NCBI GenBank assembly: GCA_002633005.1
Contig: NMRA01001163.1
Location: forward strand, 1-42,556
Direction of reading: 5' to 3'
Length of the DNA: 42,556 nucleotides
From: Phoronis australis
Taxonomy: Eukaryota > Animalia > Phoronida
Part shown: piece after piece, positions 12,901 to 23,901 of the stretch
Layout: each line of letters starts with the position of its first letter
How positions within the stretch are numbered: the stretch's first letter is position 1
Position numbers and translations under genes: made by a program
The notes under the pieces: model-generated
What the model was told of the DNA's origin: nothing
Database searches by the model: none
What the model saw: the letters and a program-made list of their open reading frames with translations, nothing else

Positions 12901-13874
12901 AGTCCATCAAGGTACAAGTTGAGACAGGGATATAAACAGGGCTTGGAATTTGCCTCTTTTAAGAGGATTTCCTTTTTTGTTTTTATTTCTTCTTATTTGA
13001 TTTCAAACGTCTTGTTTTTAAGCAGTACTTTGACTGCATTCATGCAAAGACACTGATGTTTATTAGTGAAATTTAACAACACGAAATATATTTCTGTTAC
13101 ACAAGCCTATTTGTGAAACAATAGATCATCTGGAAAAAATTCCTCTTTTAGTCATTCCAGTGCCTTTATAAAGTGAGAAGTTGTTCAGATCAAAAATTAT
13201 TCTTTTTCTCACACGACGCATTCGTGGCACCTTTAAGGATTTTAATCCGAAAGAAATATGGAAGTCAGAAGACACCATCTAAAAGGCGCATTCTGAAATC
13301 AACAGCTGTACTTGTACTTTCTATGATGTTCAACCCACATTGTTAGGTATAGGGATAGGTTTCTTTGCACCATCCTTGGGCTTTCAGAGTACTCTCCAAG
13401 GGATTACTCCCACAGGTTTGTTCAGGACATGAAACTCAGCTGGGTGATTTCTCTTAACCAATTTCTCATCGAAATGGTGCTTGAAAAAATCCCTATCAAA
13501 GCAAACTTTTTCCCATGAATACAACGGGTTTCACCATGAAAGTTAAAAACACTGCAAATGGTACCTAATCCTATTGCAGAAGGGGTTTAATACGATGCCT
13601 GTATTCTTAAAACTTTGGGCACCAAACTCATTTTCGACAACAGGAATCTCTGAGCCCGCTTCTTCAAACGTAATGAGTGAAAAAAAAACATCTGTCCAAG
13701 AATTACTACGAAAGGATTCAGTTGTTAGCACTAACCCTTATAAAAAGATTGTGCATTTGTAACATTAGGCTACAATTTCATTGAACTCCAAACCCCGGAC
13801 CACAAACCCAATGTTTTTAGTCACTGTCTAAATGGGTGGAGATTCTTCTAGTACCAGATTACGTATAAAACTTA

Positions 13875-14164
13875 GGGCCCATTTAAGACATCTCTCGGGT
13901 ATTTTCGTAGCTACAAATTTACCCTCGGAACATCTAGAGCATCTCGGCCATTTTCCTATTGACAATTTTTTCTTCGAAACACTTCGAGTATTTTCGTAGC
14001 CTCAAACATCGTCTTGGAGATGAACGTTATCCTAAATATTGGAAGTCACGTGATTTTCAGTCTTGAGAATAATATGCTAACTGAAGTCCGCACACGTGCA
14101 GAGAGCGTTCACCTATTAGGAGAAATTTGAGGTTACGAAAACACTCGTTGTGTTCTAGATGCCC
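13875..14164. mobile_element. PIF/Harbinger-like MITE
   Basis: GGGC...GCCC ends with TTA/TTG flanks. Subterminal motif CG.GTATTTTCGTAGC..CAAA at ~13896 and ~13985, and inverted at ~14123-14146. Confidence 0.45.
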
Positions 14165-14477
14165 TTGGAAACAATTGTTTTCAGTGCATGCTCGAACTTC
14201 GGTCATTATCGCCAATTATTCTCCATTAAGTTTGAATGTCAACGCATGTTAAATTCACCAAGGTGATCTAAATTGCTTAGGACCCTGAAGTTGTGCGGAA
14301 TCCCACCTCAAAGAGGGGAATTTGAAGAAAATATTATGGCAACGAAGGGAGGGGTGTAGCTCGAGATTTGTGGCTACACGTAGTTGGAGGGTTTGAAATT
14401 GTGGTGTTCTAGGGAGTGAATACTGTGTAGGCCACGAAGTGGTGGAAATTGAGCAGCTGTGTCTACTTAACACTGTA

Positions 14478-14634
14478 CAGTGACGGATTTGGGAGGGGGC
14501 GGGGCGGCAAGGGGGCCATGGCTCTGCTTAAAGTTCTCCCAGATTCCAATTGAAGTTTGGGGTGCGAATGTCTGACGAGCAAAATACTCTGCCTATTACC
14601 CCCTCCCCCACACAAAATCCTGGATCCGCCCCTG
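14478..14634. mobile_element. 157 bp MITE of the same family as 4913-5323
   Basis: Imperfect TIRs CAGTGACGGATTTG / CTGGATCCGCCCCTG. Internal TTCTCCCAG...TTTGGGGTGCGAATGT is shared with 4913-5059. No clear TSD. Confidence 0.6.
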
Positions 14635-15157
14635 AAATTTAGTCATAAAAAGCGTTCAAATAATGAAACTGAAAAATGCCAAGTCAAAAGAGTGAAGCCA
14701 TTGTTAATTCAGGTTTATTTACATAATAAGGAATCGATAATTACATGAATCTCAGCTCATTTATTGATAATATACATGTAGCAATGTAAACATCAGAGAG
14801 TTCGACCGCTAACGCAACCGAAAAATAACTTTTACTCTCGCGACACTTAGAGAACTGATAACGTTTACCGGACATAAGCATGCGCACGTCAGCTTCCTGG
14901 TTAAAAATTGCCAGCTGACACCCAATATAAACCATCGTTCTAGTGCCCTGTACCTGACATCAGCTTGTGAGGCCCGGGAACCAGGTTAGACTAGATGTAG
15001 CGACATCTATAGGATAATACGCTCAATAAATCACTGAACATCTTCGTTGAAGAAAACAACATCTACACCGTTAAGAACACAAAAATACCGCGAATGTGTC
15101 TGTGATAGAAAGTAACTCATAATGTCTTAACCATCTTAAAATACACAGCAGTAAAAA

Positions 15158-16200
15158 CTATAGTCCAATAGATAAGTCCTTCAAAGTTCCCATGTCCAGT
15201 CTTGATGGCGATTTTACTGGTCGTCCAGATCGTGTACCATATGGCTCTCGGACATCTGATGTGTGGGAGGCTCTGTCGAAATCACTGGCCTGGCATCGGG
15301 TTGTGATTGATGTGTACACAGAGGCCGATGTGGAACCAATGTGTCCCTGTTGCCTCATCGGTGGCATTTGATTCTCACAGAAGCTGGTGATTGACCACCT
15401 GAACGTCGAACCTCCTATTCTCCATTGGAAAGGCGTTTGGTTATAGTTGCAGATTTCCATTCCAAGTGACCTCGATGAATGGGTTTCATACGATCAGTGT
15501 CAGCTGGCTGGAGGATAGGTAACTCTCTTCAGTGTAGATTAAGGCGGTCAGCAGTCGATGACTTATTGTCTTCCATAAGTTTACGTTCACTGGAGTTTGG
15601 TTAGGAGGTCGCAGAATCTTTGACGGAACAAGGCGCTCAACTAGAGAGACTGAAAGGCCTTCATTTGGTGTCTTGCAAATATTCAGTAGCCCAGGCATGG
15701 ATCTTCATGTGCAGTTTCACAGTGGCGATTTTAACAGTGGCTTCCCAATCGGAGGCAAAACGATTGAATTTGTCCGAAGAGTACTGTGGACCACCGTCGC
15801 TGACAAGAGTATCCGGGATGTCGTCACTGGCAAAACGATGCTTCATCTTGCAAACGACTGTGTCTGTGAGGGTGTCAGGTGGTTAATCAATCTAAAAAAT
15901 TGACTCTAGTAGTAGTCAACAGTGATAAGGTAGAAACGGTTGGAGAGGGTAAAGAGATCTGTGCCTACTTTCTGCCAAGGGCGTTCTGGGACGTCATCCA
16001 TGTTGCCTGTCTCTGGTCGTTGGTGATCGGCATATGTAGCGCAAACAGTACCTATTCCCTTGGACATGACAAGACAATATACAAGTTGTCATGCACGACA
16101 AAGACATGTTAGCTGAGTGATCTAGACAACAGTGTCACCTCCGAAGATTATGCCGTCTTGTAGAGTTACTTCGTATCTATCCAAGCACAGTTCATGTCAA
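15158..16200 (-). mobile_element. Degenerate Ty3/Gypsy LTR-retrotransposon pol (integrase region), with frameshifts and stops
   Basis: Minus-strand peptides in the expected order: YEVTLQDGIIFGGDTVV (~16130-16180), PERPWQKVGTDLFTLSNRFYLITVDYY (~15910-15990), KHRFASDDIPDTLVSDGGPQYSSDKFNRFASDW (15661-15846 ORF; rve core with the catalytic D), and C-terminal TRSGRPVKSPSRLD. Confidence 0.9.
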
Positions 16201-18006
16201 ATTCCTGGCGTATGTGTGCAAAAATGGCTCATTGATAGCTGATGCTGCACAAATTTTATTGCGGAGTGCATAGAGATGCGTAATGGTACCTGTGTAAACA
16301 GGCACACGTTTCTTTATAAGCTACATTCCGATACTAATCCGAGCGGCCACCGACGAGTAAGGAGCTTTCCAGTTTCGTGGCTAATTCATCAACACAATCA
16401 CGTGCACATTACTTCTTTGGCTCACTAGTATAGTGTTTTCTTGACTGGAACTTTAGTTCCCAACTTTGGCTGTTTTGTGTTCGTGATGTCTTCAGTCCGG
16501 CCAGGACGGGCCTGATCGGGTTCCGAGCCACTGGCCGGAATAACAAGCGTTTTTGGTGTTTAGAACTAAAAATATCACAAGTCTAATCAACAAAGATCTA
16601 GGTTTTCCTGCCTGTATTTCACGGAAGAGTACTTCGAATTTATCTCCGAACAGACCCCAAACTCCAGCTACGGACCTTGGTAAATTGGCCTGCTGAACTT
16701 TATAGGCTACGGTGTGTCTTAATACCAATAAATCCGTAACAGCGAAATAAAACAACATGTTTTTGTAAGTGTACTTTGAAGGGTTTTACATAGAAGTTTG
16801 ATGATTTATTGGTGTTAAACGATGAATTCAAGGGATAAGCTGACACCAGTAACCCGTGTTGTGAACTGCTGAACAGACTGCGTGTGAAACCAATGACGTC
16901 TTTGAAAAATTTCAACATCTCTGCCGTCACATGTCAGGCAACGCAATTGAACGCTCCGTTATCGAGTAGAACTACTCGATCTAATTTGATACAAAATAGG
17001 TTGTTTTTTGGGTGTCATTCTCCTATAAGAAGACACAACAAAGTGACCTAAATCTGTGTCTTTTCTTATTCACAAATGCTGTGTTTTTCTATCACGCTAT
17101 CCACATTATGACTTCGTCTTTTACTTTTGTGCTGCAGTAACTGAAAAATTCGCAGAAAATCCGTTAAATACTGGTCAAATATTTGTGGTTTTAGTTTACA
17201 CTGAAATACTTTAAAAGTCATTTTTATTATTGGATTGTTAATCCAAGTGGATTAACTTTTGTGTTATTGTGAATTTTGATTGACTCTACAGCTTTATCTC
17301 CATTCCTTTTATCTCAATATGTCTTTCAATTCAGTCGGGTCGCGACTTCACTTCCATACTAAAATGAAATAGAACCTAAAAACTACTAGATTATGACATC
17401 ACAAGGTACAATGGGACACGCAAATGTTCACAATTTTGCAGCCCCCTATAGTAAACTGTTGGCTCGCCTCGTGAGGTCCTGATTTCCACAGACATAACTA
17501 CATGTAGAGGATAGTCGTGTTTAGGGCGATCAAAACCGTGGTCGACGCCACCTTGCGACAGCTAAATCCGAATCCAGTTCATCCCTTCCCATTAAAACTT
17601 TGCCACCAAATTTGACGCCCATTCAGCTGTCAGTTGCCAACAAATCTTGTAAGATATACCATCAGTGGAGCACTACTGATAAGATACGTGGGTTCTATCC
17701 CTAGCAGCCGAGGGAGAGCAGCACACTAAAAAATTGTCAACAACCGGTGTTGGCACAAACATTCCAAGAGCCGGAAACATGGGGGCGGGATAAAATTGAT
17801 AGTGTTTTCCTATGCAGGAATAACTGTTCATTAAAGAGTCATTGGACATTCAGGACCAGCATGCCACTGATTCTCTGAATATCATGCAGAGCTCACTCAC
17901 CCTGCAACTGTGGTCATGACCAGCTACTTACTAATACCTGTATCTCTAACTTCACCTTATGGATGTTACCTGAGTTGTATGTTGGCATTTGCTGTCTTCT
18001 GTATAT

Positions 18007-18050
18007 AATCATCCTGATGATGTCTAATGAATAGGCGAAACGTTGATTGA
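18007..18050 (+). ncRNA. Minimal type I hammerhead ribozyme motif (Penelope-like)
   Basis: CTGATGA (18014-18020), stem II GTCTA/TAGGC, GAAA (18037-18040), self-complementary AACGTT stem III with a GUU cleavage triplet, and weak stem I (TCATC/GATTGA). It sits in a segment absent from duplication unit 2. Confidence 0.6.
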
Positions 18051-18677
18051 ACATTAACTTTTTATTTGTGGGGCGATTGTCCATTTATTTTATTAAACTT
18101 CTTTCACATTGCCAAGTACGAAAAGTCAAAGTGGAAAAAAATTCGGGACACTTTTTCTATGCAACATTTAAATACAATTCCAAAAATTATTTTCACCTTG
18201 CAAGATAAAAAATCGAGACCAAAATTTATCACGTGAGGATTGAAAATTTATCACGTTTAATCTATCATTCATCACGCCAGGAGCCAAAATTTAACACGCC
18301 AGGACAGAACATTAAATACATGTAGGTCTGTACAGAAAATTTACGACGCCAGAAAATGTTCATGGCAGAAGACCACGTGAACATCCATGAGTATTGATCC
18401 TTCAAAAGGAAAACGTCGGTACTAGGCAAACAAGGCCTAAGCGTTCAAATTTTCTGTGAGAAATTTTAGGTGGTTCTTTGATAAATTTTCTGTCGCGAAG
18501 TGTTAATTTTTTGTGGTGACCAGAGAAACTATAGTGTTTGGGCGTGATAAATTATGGTTTTGAGTTAGGTTTTTTTAGGATGAAAAATTTTCAATTTTTT
18601 TCCAGGAGGCTATGCGTGAATTAATAAACGTTTATGACTCAAATTCAAAACAATATAGGTGTATACATTTCCTCACC

Positions 18678-18916
18678 ATGGCGACAGGAAGTACGCAAGA
18701 CAAGCCTTCGTTGCTACTCGAACGTGAAAGATTTTGAACTAAAATTGTACACATTAGAAGACGGCAAAAGCAGCATAGAAACTACAAAGTTCACCAGGAA
18801 CAGAACAAGTTAAGTAATTAAAAAGTTAATGCCAGCATTGCAAAGAACATCCAAAATATTACCTCTCAACCTCTGTCCATACTAGCTACCAAAAATGTCA
18901 ACAGTGAACTGGATAA
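18678..18916 (+). pseudogene. Decayed first-exon-like segment, copy 1 (MATGS...)
   Basis: caccATGGCGACAGGAAGT start in strong Kozak context and a gtaagg donor at 18917. The frame is broken by indels and stops. Paralogous to 23111-23348. Confidence 0.35.
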
Positions 18917-20769
18917 GTAAGGTTTTTTTCAAAGTGCTTTTGAGAGCATTTAGGATTACGTCATCGTTTTTCCATTTCAATCCGCTAAGGGATTTCACGT
19001 TAGCTGTCAAGCACGGTTTTCAGTTGACCGGCTGCAAGACTTTCGTACGCAAGATGACGGAAATCGTAGCGTAACTACAGCTCAGCGATAGGAAATTTTA
19101 ACTTTGAAGGGACCAGGCAAGAACATTAACTTCGGAACTTCGTGGTTAGGGTGTTGTGCTGGGGGACTAGCAGTTACATGTATAGAGGACGTGATGTGTT
19201 TAACTTGCATGCCCAGTGTTCACTCCTTGCAAAACCTCTACGAAAGGATTCGCTTTTGAGATTGGAATTTGCTAAAGGGGTTATTTTCATTGTGTATCAA
19301 AACTTCAAGAGATGACATCATACTTTAACAAGTTTTATTGTAAATAAGAATTCAGCCCAAATGGTTATTATTGCCCGACTGAGAAATTTTTGAGTAGAAT
19401 AAATATTTATTCTTGAAAACTGACATACATGTATACAGCAAAAAGTATACTTTCATGGGAAAACGGTTTGCCTACGCAAGGGTACATGTACATTTTCGTT
19501 CACATTTATCATTCCCGTTACACACTTGTCAAATATTTACGATTTTAATTTGCACTGAGGTACTGAAAAGCGTCAATTTTGAGTATTCGGATGTTAATCC
19601 GAGTGGATTAACTTGTATGTTAATGTGAATTTTGATTGACTCTATAGTTGTATCCCCAGGCCTTTTATCTCCATATGTCGAATCCAGTCGGGTCGCTACT
19701 TCACTTCCAAATTATAATTGAAATAGAACCTAAAAGCAACGCAAGGCTCTGACGTGCGACAATACCGTGGGACACTCGAGTATCTATCGATTTTGTAGAC
19801 TCTTATTTTAAACTGTTGGCTCGCCGACATGTAAGGGATGATTGGGGATGCTTACCTCAAGCATAATAAAAACAAGTTGGAATGACCTTTTAAGATGACC
19901 ATAAAGGTTTGAAAACTCAAAATCGTGGTCGGCGATCTCCAGTGAAAAGTAAATACAAATGCAGTGTCATCACTTCCCATTCAGTTTTTGCCACCAAACT
20001 TGATGCCCCTCCAGTTCTCAGGGTCCCCTGGCCGTTACGATCAGTGGAGTACTAGTGATCAGCTAAGTGGGCTACGTCCATGACGGGGGGGGGGTGGTCG
20101 ACACACAAAAAAATTGCCAACGAATTGGCATGGCACAACATTCCAACAGTCAAGAAACGTGTGGGTGGCGTGAAATTCGTGGAATCGTTGTCTTCTACCC
20201 GGGGCGGCTATAGTTATTCGCCACTCTGGTTACAAGTACAATACACGTACATACACGTTTATTTGCAGAAACACTTAAATAGGACACGTGTACAAGCACT
20301 TCAGTGAAACTACCTACGTGAGCAAGTACAAATATGAGTTAAAAATCCCTCTCAAATAGTGTTAGAGCAGTGGCAATGCTGGATCAAATTTTTTTCTTTC
20401 ATGGTTAGTAGCTGACTACCCACTGTGAGAATGCAACCCAAATGTATAAAAGAGTTCGCGTACAGGTCAACATTTTTGTCGTTCGGCTAACAATGCCGTT
20501 ATTCATGGGCGTTTCATCTTTTGTTAGCTTGGTAAATATTATTCATCCTCGTACGAGCAATGAATAAGTGTAGATAGTGTGACATTCTTTCTTTGTATTT
20601 ATTTCACATCGCCAAGTATGAAAAGTCCAGGACACGTATTTTCTATGCAAGATTTAAAAACATACCTAAACATTATTTCACCCTGCAGGACAAAAATCAC
20701 AACAAAAATTTATCCCGTTAGGACTGAAAATTCATCACGTTTAATCTTATAATTTTTCACGCCAGGAGC

Positions 20770-21046
20770 TGCCCTGCCAAATAATGTCGTATGGATCTCG
20801 GAAGGTATATTTTAATTTGCGAGATCCATGCGACGGGCTTAAGCTCGTGGCATAGTTATCCCCTATTGGACACTTCCATTGTTTTTTTTGTTGCGTCTTT
20901 GTTGGACATAACAATGCACATCACACAGTTACCGATCAATGATTGCCATTATCTTTATTATAGGAAAAGGAAAACAAATTCAACAATGGATATAACTGTC
21001 TGTCGATATTTATGCGACGAGCTTGCGAACTAGTTTCCCTTGGGCA
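20770..21046. mobile_element. 277 bp insertion with short TGCCC/GGGCA ends and nested internal inverted repeats
   Basis: Absent from unit 1 (18275-18300 is the empty site). Hairpin GTCGTATGGATCTCG/CGAGATCCATGCGAC. The ATGCGACGRGCTT motif occurs at 20828, inverted at 20841, and at 21012. Confidence 0.6.
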
Positions 21047-21710
21047 ATACATTTAACATGCCAGGACATAACGTTTAATACGTCTACCAAAAATTTATTA
21101 CGCCAGAATATTTTCATGGTGGGAGACCACGTGACCATCCATAAGCATTGATCTTTCAAAGAAATGACGTCGGTACTAGGTAAACAAGGGCTAAGCGTCT
21201 TAATTTTCTGTCGTGGTTTGTTAAATTTTCGGTCCTGAAGTGTTAAATTTTTGTCGTGACCTGAGAATTATAGGGTTATTGCGTGATAGATTATGGTTTT
21301 AGGTGGGTTTTTTGGTCCAACACAGAGTTTAATTCCCTAATAGAAAATATGTAACCAGGAATTTTTCCGCTTTGGCTTCCCATTGCCAACATCCTTGACC
21401 ATTATTCAAGATTGGCTGGTTGACTTAGTGCTACTATGAAGAGTCAGAATATCAGTTCGTAAATAAATTATTAGTTGTGCATAGAGAGAGCAGTAACTTG
21501 TAGGGCTACTACATTTGTAGGATTCATGTAAATGAAGTGTAGACTTTCTAGGTTTGCTCCCAATCACCAAGAAATTGATGAAATCTAAGGATTTCTGTTC
21601 TTCGGTAGGCAAGCCAGTGGAATGAGGGAGAAACAGCAATAACAGCAAACGTCACAAAGTAGGGTTCACAATAATTTAGTTTTCAGACCTAAATTTTGAA
21701 AGAGGAGGCA

Positions 21711-22102
21711 CAAGGTACTAGCCTAAACTACACGGTTAACGAACTCATAAACACGACTCACGGACCTCCAAACACCGTCCACTGACTCACAAACACGGGA
21801 ACGGACACACAAAACACGATCCATTCACCCAAATACACGGGACACGGACTCACATTCACGAAGAAACACGGATAACGGACAAAATGTAGATGTCAGCTGA
21901 CCCAGGAAGCCGATGAGTCCGTGAACCGTGTTTCCTCGTGAATTTGAGTCCGTGTCCCGTGTATTTGTGTGAATGGATCGTGTTTTGTGAGTCCGTTCCC
22001 GTGTTTGTGAGTCAGTGGACGGTGTTTGCAGGTCCGTGAGTCGTGTTCATGCGTCCGTGACCGTGTTTATGAGTCCGTTCACCGTGTAGTTTAGGTACCT
22101 TG
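21711..22102. mobile_element. Fold-back MITE with ~170 bp internally repetitive TIRs and 5 bp TSD (AGGCA)
   Basis: CAAGGTA(CTAG)CCTAAACTACACGG...CCGTGTAGTTTAGGTACCTTG. The arms are built of CACGG/ACTCAC subrepeats around a ~33 bp spacer. AGGCA occurs at 21706-21710 and 22103-22107. Confidence 0.85.
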
Positions 22103-22240
22103 AGGCAGTGTGGCCTAGTTGATAAGTGCCCGCTTTCTTTACTCGAGGTCGTGGGTTCGAGTCCCACCAGGTCACACTGCTAAACCCTTGAGCCAGGCAA
22201 TGAGCTATATCTGGTATAGCTCATTGAGCAGGGTTTCTAG
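22103..22240 (+). mobile_element. tRNA-derived SINE head (Pol III A and B boxes); its first bases are separated to 21701-21710 by the MITE
   Basis: A box TGGCCTAGTTGA (22111-22122), B box GGTTCGAGTCC (22154-22164) within T-arm GTGGG/CCCAC, followed by CCCTTGAGC..GG. There is no canonical acceptor stem, so it is not a tRNA gene. Confidence 0.75.
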
Positions 22241-23110
22241 CTCTTCAGTTGGGTTTTAACCATACATTAATAAAGCATAAAAATATTTCCAGGCGATCAG
22301 TGCAATAGGCCCACATGCGAGACTTGCGCACGTCTGGTACAACGTGTAGCAGACCGCCTGCAACTAAAAAAAAAAAAATAAATTTTGAAATCAAGTTGCC
22401 ACGCTTTCACAAATTTGTCTAGGAAATCGTTGTTACCGCAAACTTGGCCATGAACTTGGCAAAACAGAAAAAATTTGGGCGAGTTGAGCAACCTGCCAAA
22501 AAAGAAAGATTTTGGAATATTCTTGCTTGCTAATGCCATGAATTATATGTTTGGGAAGAACAAGCAATTTCATCACGGTGTAGCAAGGTTTCAGACATTG
22601 TTTGTGTCTGTTTATTTTTTACACAGTGAGCAAAATAATAGGGCGGTCTAAGATCGCTTTCAGTGATGCTGACATAGAAACAAGATAACATTTCAAGTTC
22701 GTCTTCAACTTGTCTTTATCGCAAATGTTATTCGCTGAAAACGACCTGACACAGTCGTCTTAATGTTTCAAAAGCAAGTCATGCATCTGAAACAGAATAA
22801 CTAAGCTCGTTCCGTTAATCGACCTTTTTGTTACTCTCGTTGTTGACTAACATTTTCTTGAAATAGAAGGATAGTTATCAACAATCTTATCTCATTGAAA
22901 TAGTCTTGAATGCATTATCATCTGCGCAGTTTCCTAGATATAGCTATAGGGGCTAAAAGAGAAGGCACCCTTAATTGCTCAAACTGGGTGATTTCTGGAA
23001 CAGTTCATTGATACAGTCTATATATAATATGCTTGTGTGAACAAACGTCTATTACTCCATTAAGTTCAAGACAACATAGTTGAATAAATTGGTTTGGAAA
23101 TGTCCTAACG

Positions 23111-23348
23111 ATGGCGACAGGAAGTGCTCAAGTCAAGCCTTCGTTCATTGACTATAAATGATTTTAACTACAACTAAGGAGACATCAAAAGCAACATCGA
23201 AACCACAAAGTACACCAGGGAATAGAACAAGTTAAGTAGTCAAAAATATCATTGCAAGAATTGCATCGAATATCCAAAGTAATACCTCATTCTCGTAGTC
23301 CATACTCGCTGCCAACAATGCCAACAGTGAACTAGATCAGTAGCATGA
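23111..23348 (+). pseudogene. Decayed first-exon-like segment, copy 2 (MATGS...)
   Basis: aacgATGGCGACAGGAAGT start and a gtaagc donor at 23349. Multiple stops and indels. Paralogous to 18678-18916. Confidence 0.35.
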
Positions 23349-23901
23349 GTAAGCGGTTTCCGAAGTGCTTTTTATACGGTGTCGAATTAGGTCATTCGGT
23401 TTCCATTTCTATCCGCTAGGAATTTCACGTCAGCTGTCAAGCTGTGTTCCGTTGACAACAGCAAGCAAGGTGACCTTTCATTCGTTGCATAATTACGGCT
23501 CAGTGACTGTAAATGTCGGCTACATGATGAACGGACATGATGAACTTAGGGCTTTGCTTTTATGCATTTCCTGGGGGACTTAGGTAGTAAACCGTCGTGT
23601 GAGAGGCCCAGGATTCGCTTTTGTGATTGGAATTTTCTTTAAAAAAATTCTGTTACCACCTGAATATAAGTTTAAGTGAGAACAAAAAGCCTATTTTCAT
23701 AGGAAAGCGTTTGTCTACTATTTTTTCGTACCTATTTATCATGCTAACACTCTAAGATGGTGTATTTTTTGTGACGACCATGAGTGGGTAACCGTAATTC
23801 CCACCGCTGAGACGAACGGGGGTCTCAGTGGTCATAGGACGATATTTCACTCTAGGAGTTAAGTGAAATAATGAGCTTCCACGATGTCAAAAACTATATA
23901 G

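Larger units (their letters stand above)
17236..19591 (+). repeat. Tandem duplication unit 1 (~2.36 kb)
   Basis: Collinear matches to unit 2: 17236-17830 vs 19592-20220; 18100-18580 vs 20602-21315; 18678-19280 vs 23111-23640; ~19450-19510 vs ~23695-23742. Roughly 70-80% identity by eye. Confidence 0.85.
19592..23742 (+). repeat. Tandem duplication unit 2, expanded by later insertions
   Basis: Starts TGTTAATCCGAGTGGATTAACTT like 17236. Interrupted by 20770-21046 and ~21320-23100, which includes the MITE and SINE. Confidence 0.8.

Noticed and set aside
10710-13760. Possible decayed coding region (several 60-110 aa ORFs)
   Set aside because: No recognisable motif in the frames I translated and no consistent strand.
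14780-15150. LTR of the Gypsy element
   Set aside because: No polypurine tract or paired second LTR could be identified.
21722-22095. CRISPR-like array of short repeats
   Set aside because: The subrepeats are irregular, have no unique spacers and form the two arms of an inverted repeat; eukaryotic context and no cas genes.
22103-22180. Functional tRNA gene
   Set aside because: No 7 bp acceptor stem or clean anticodon arm, and it is followed by SINE-like body sequence.
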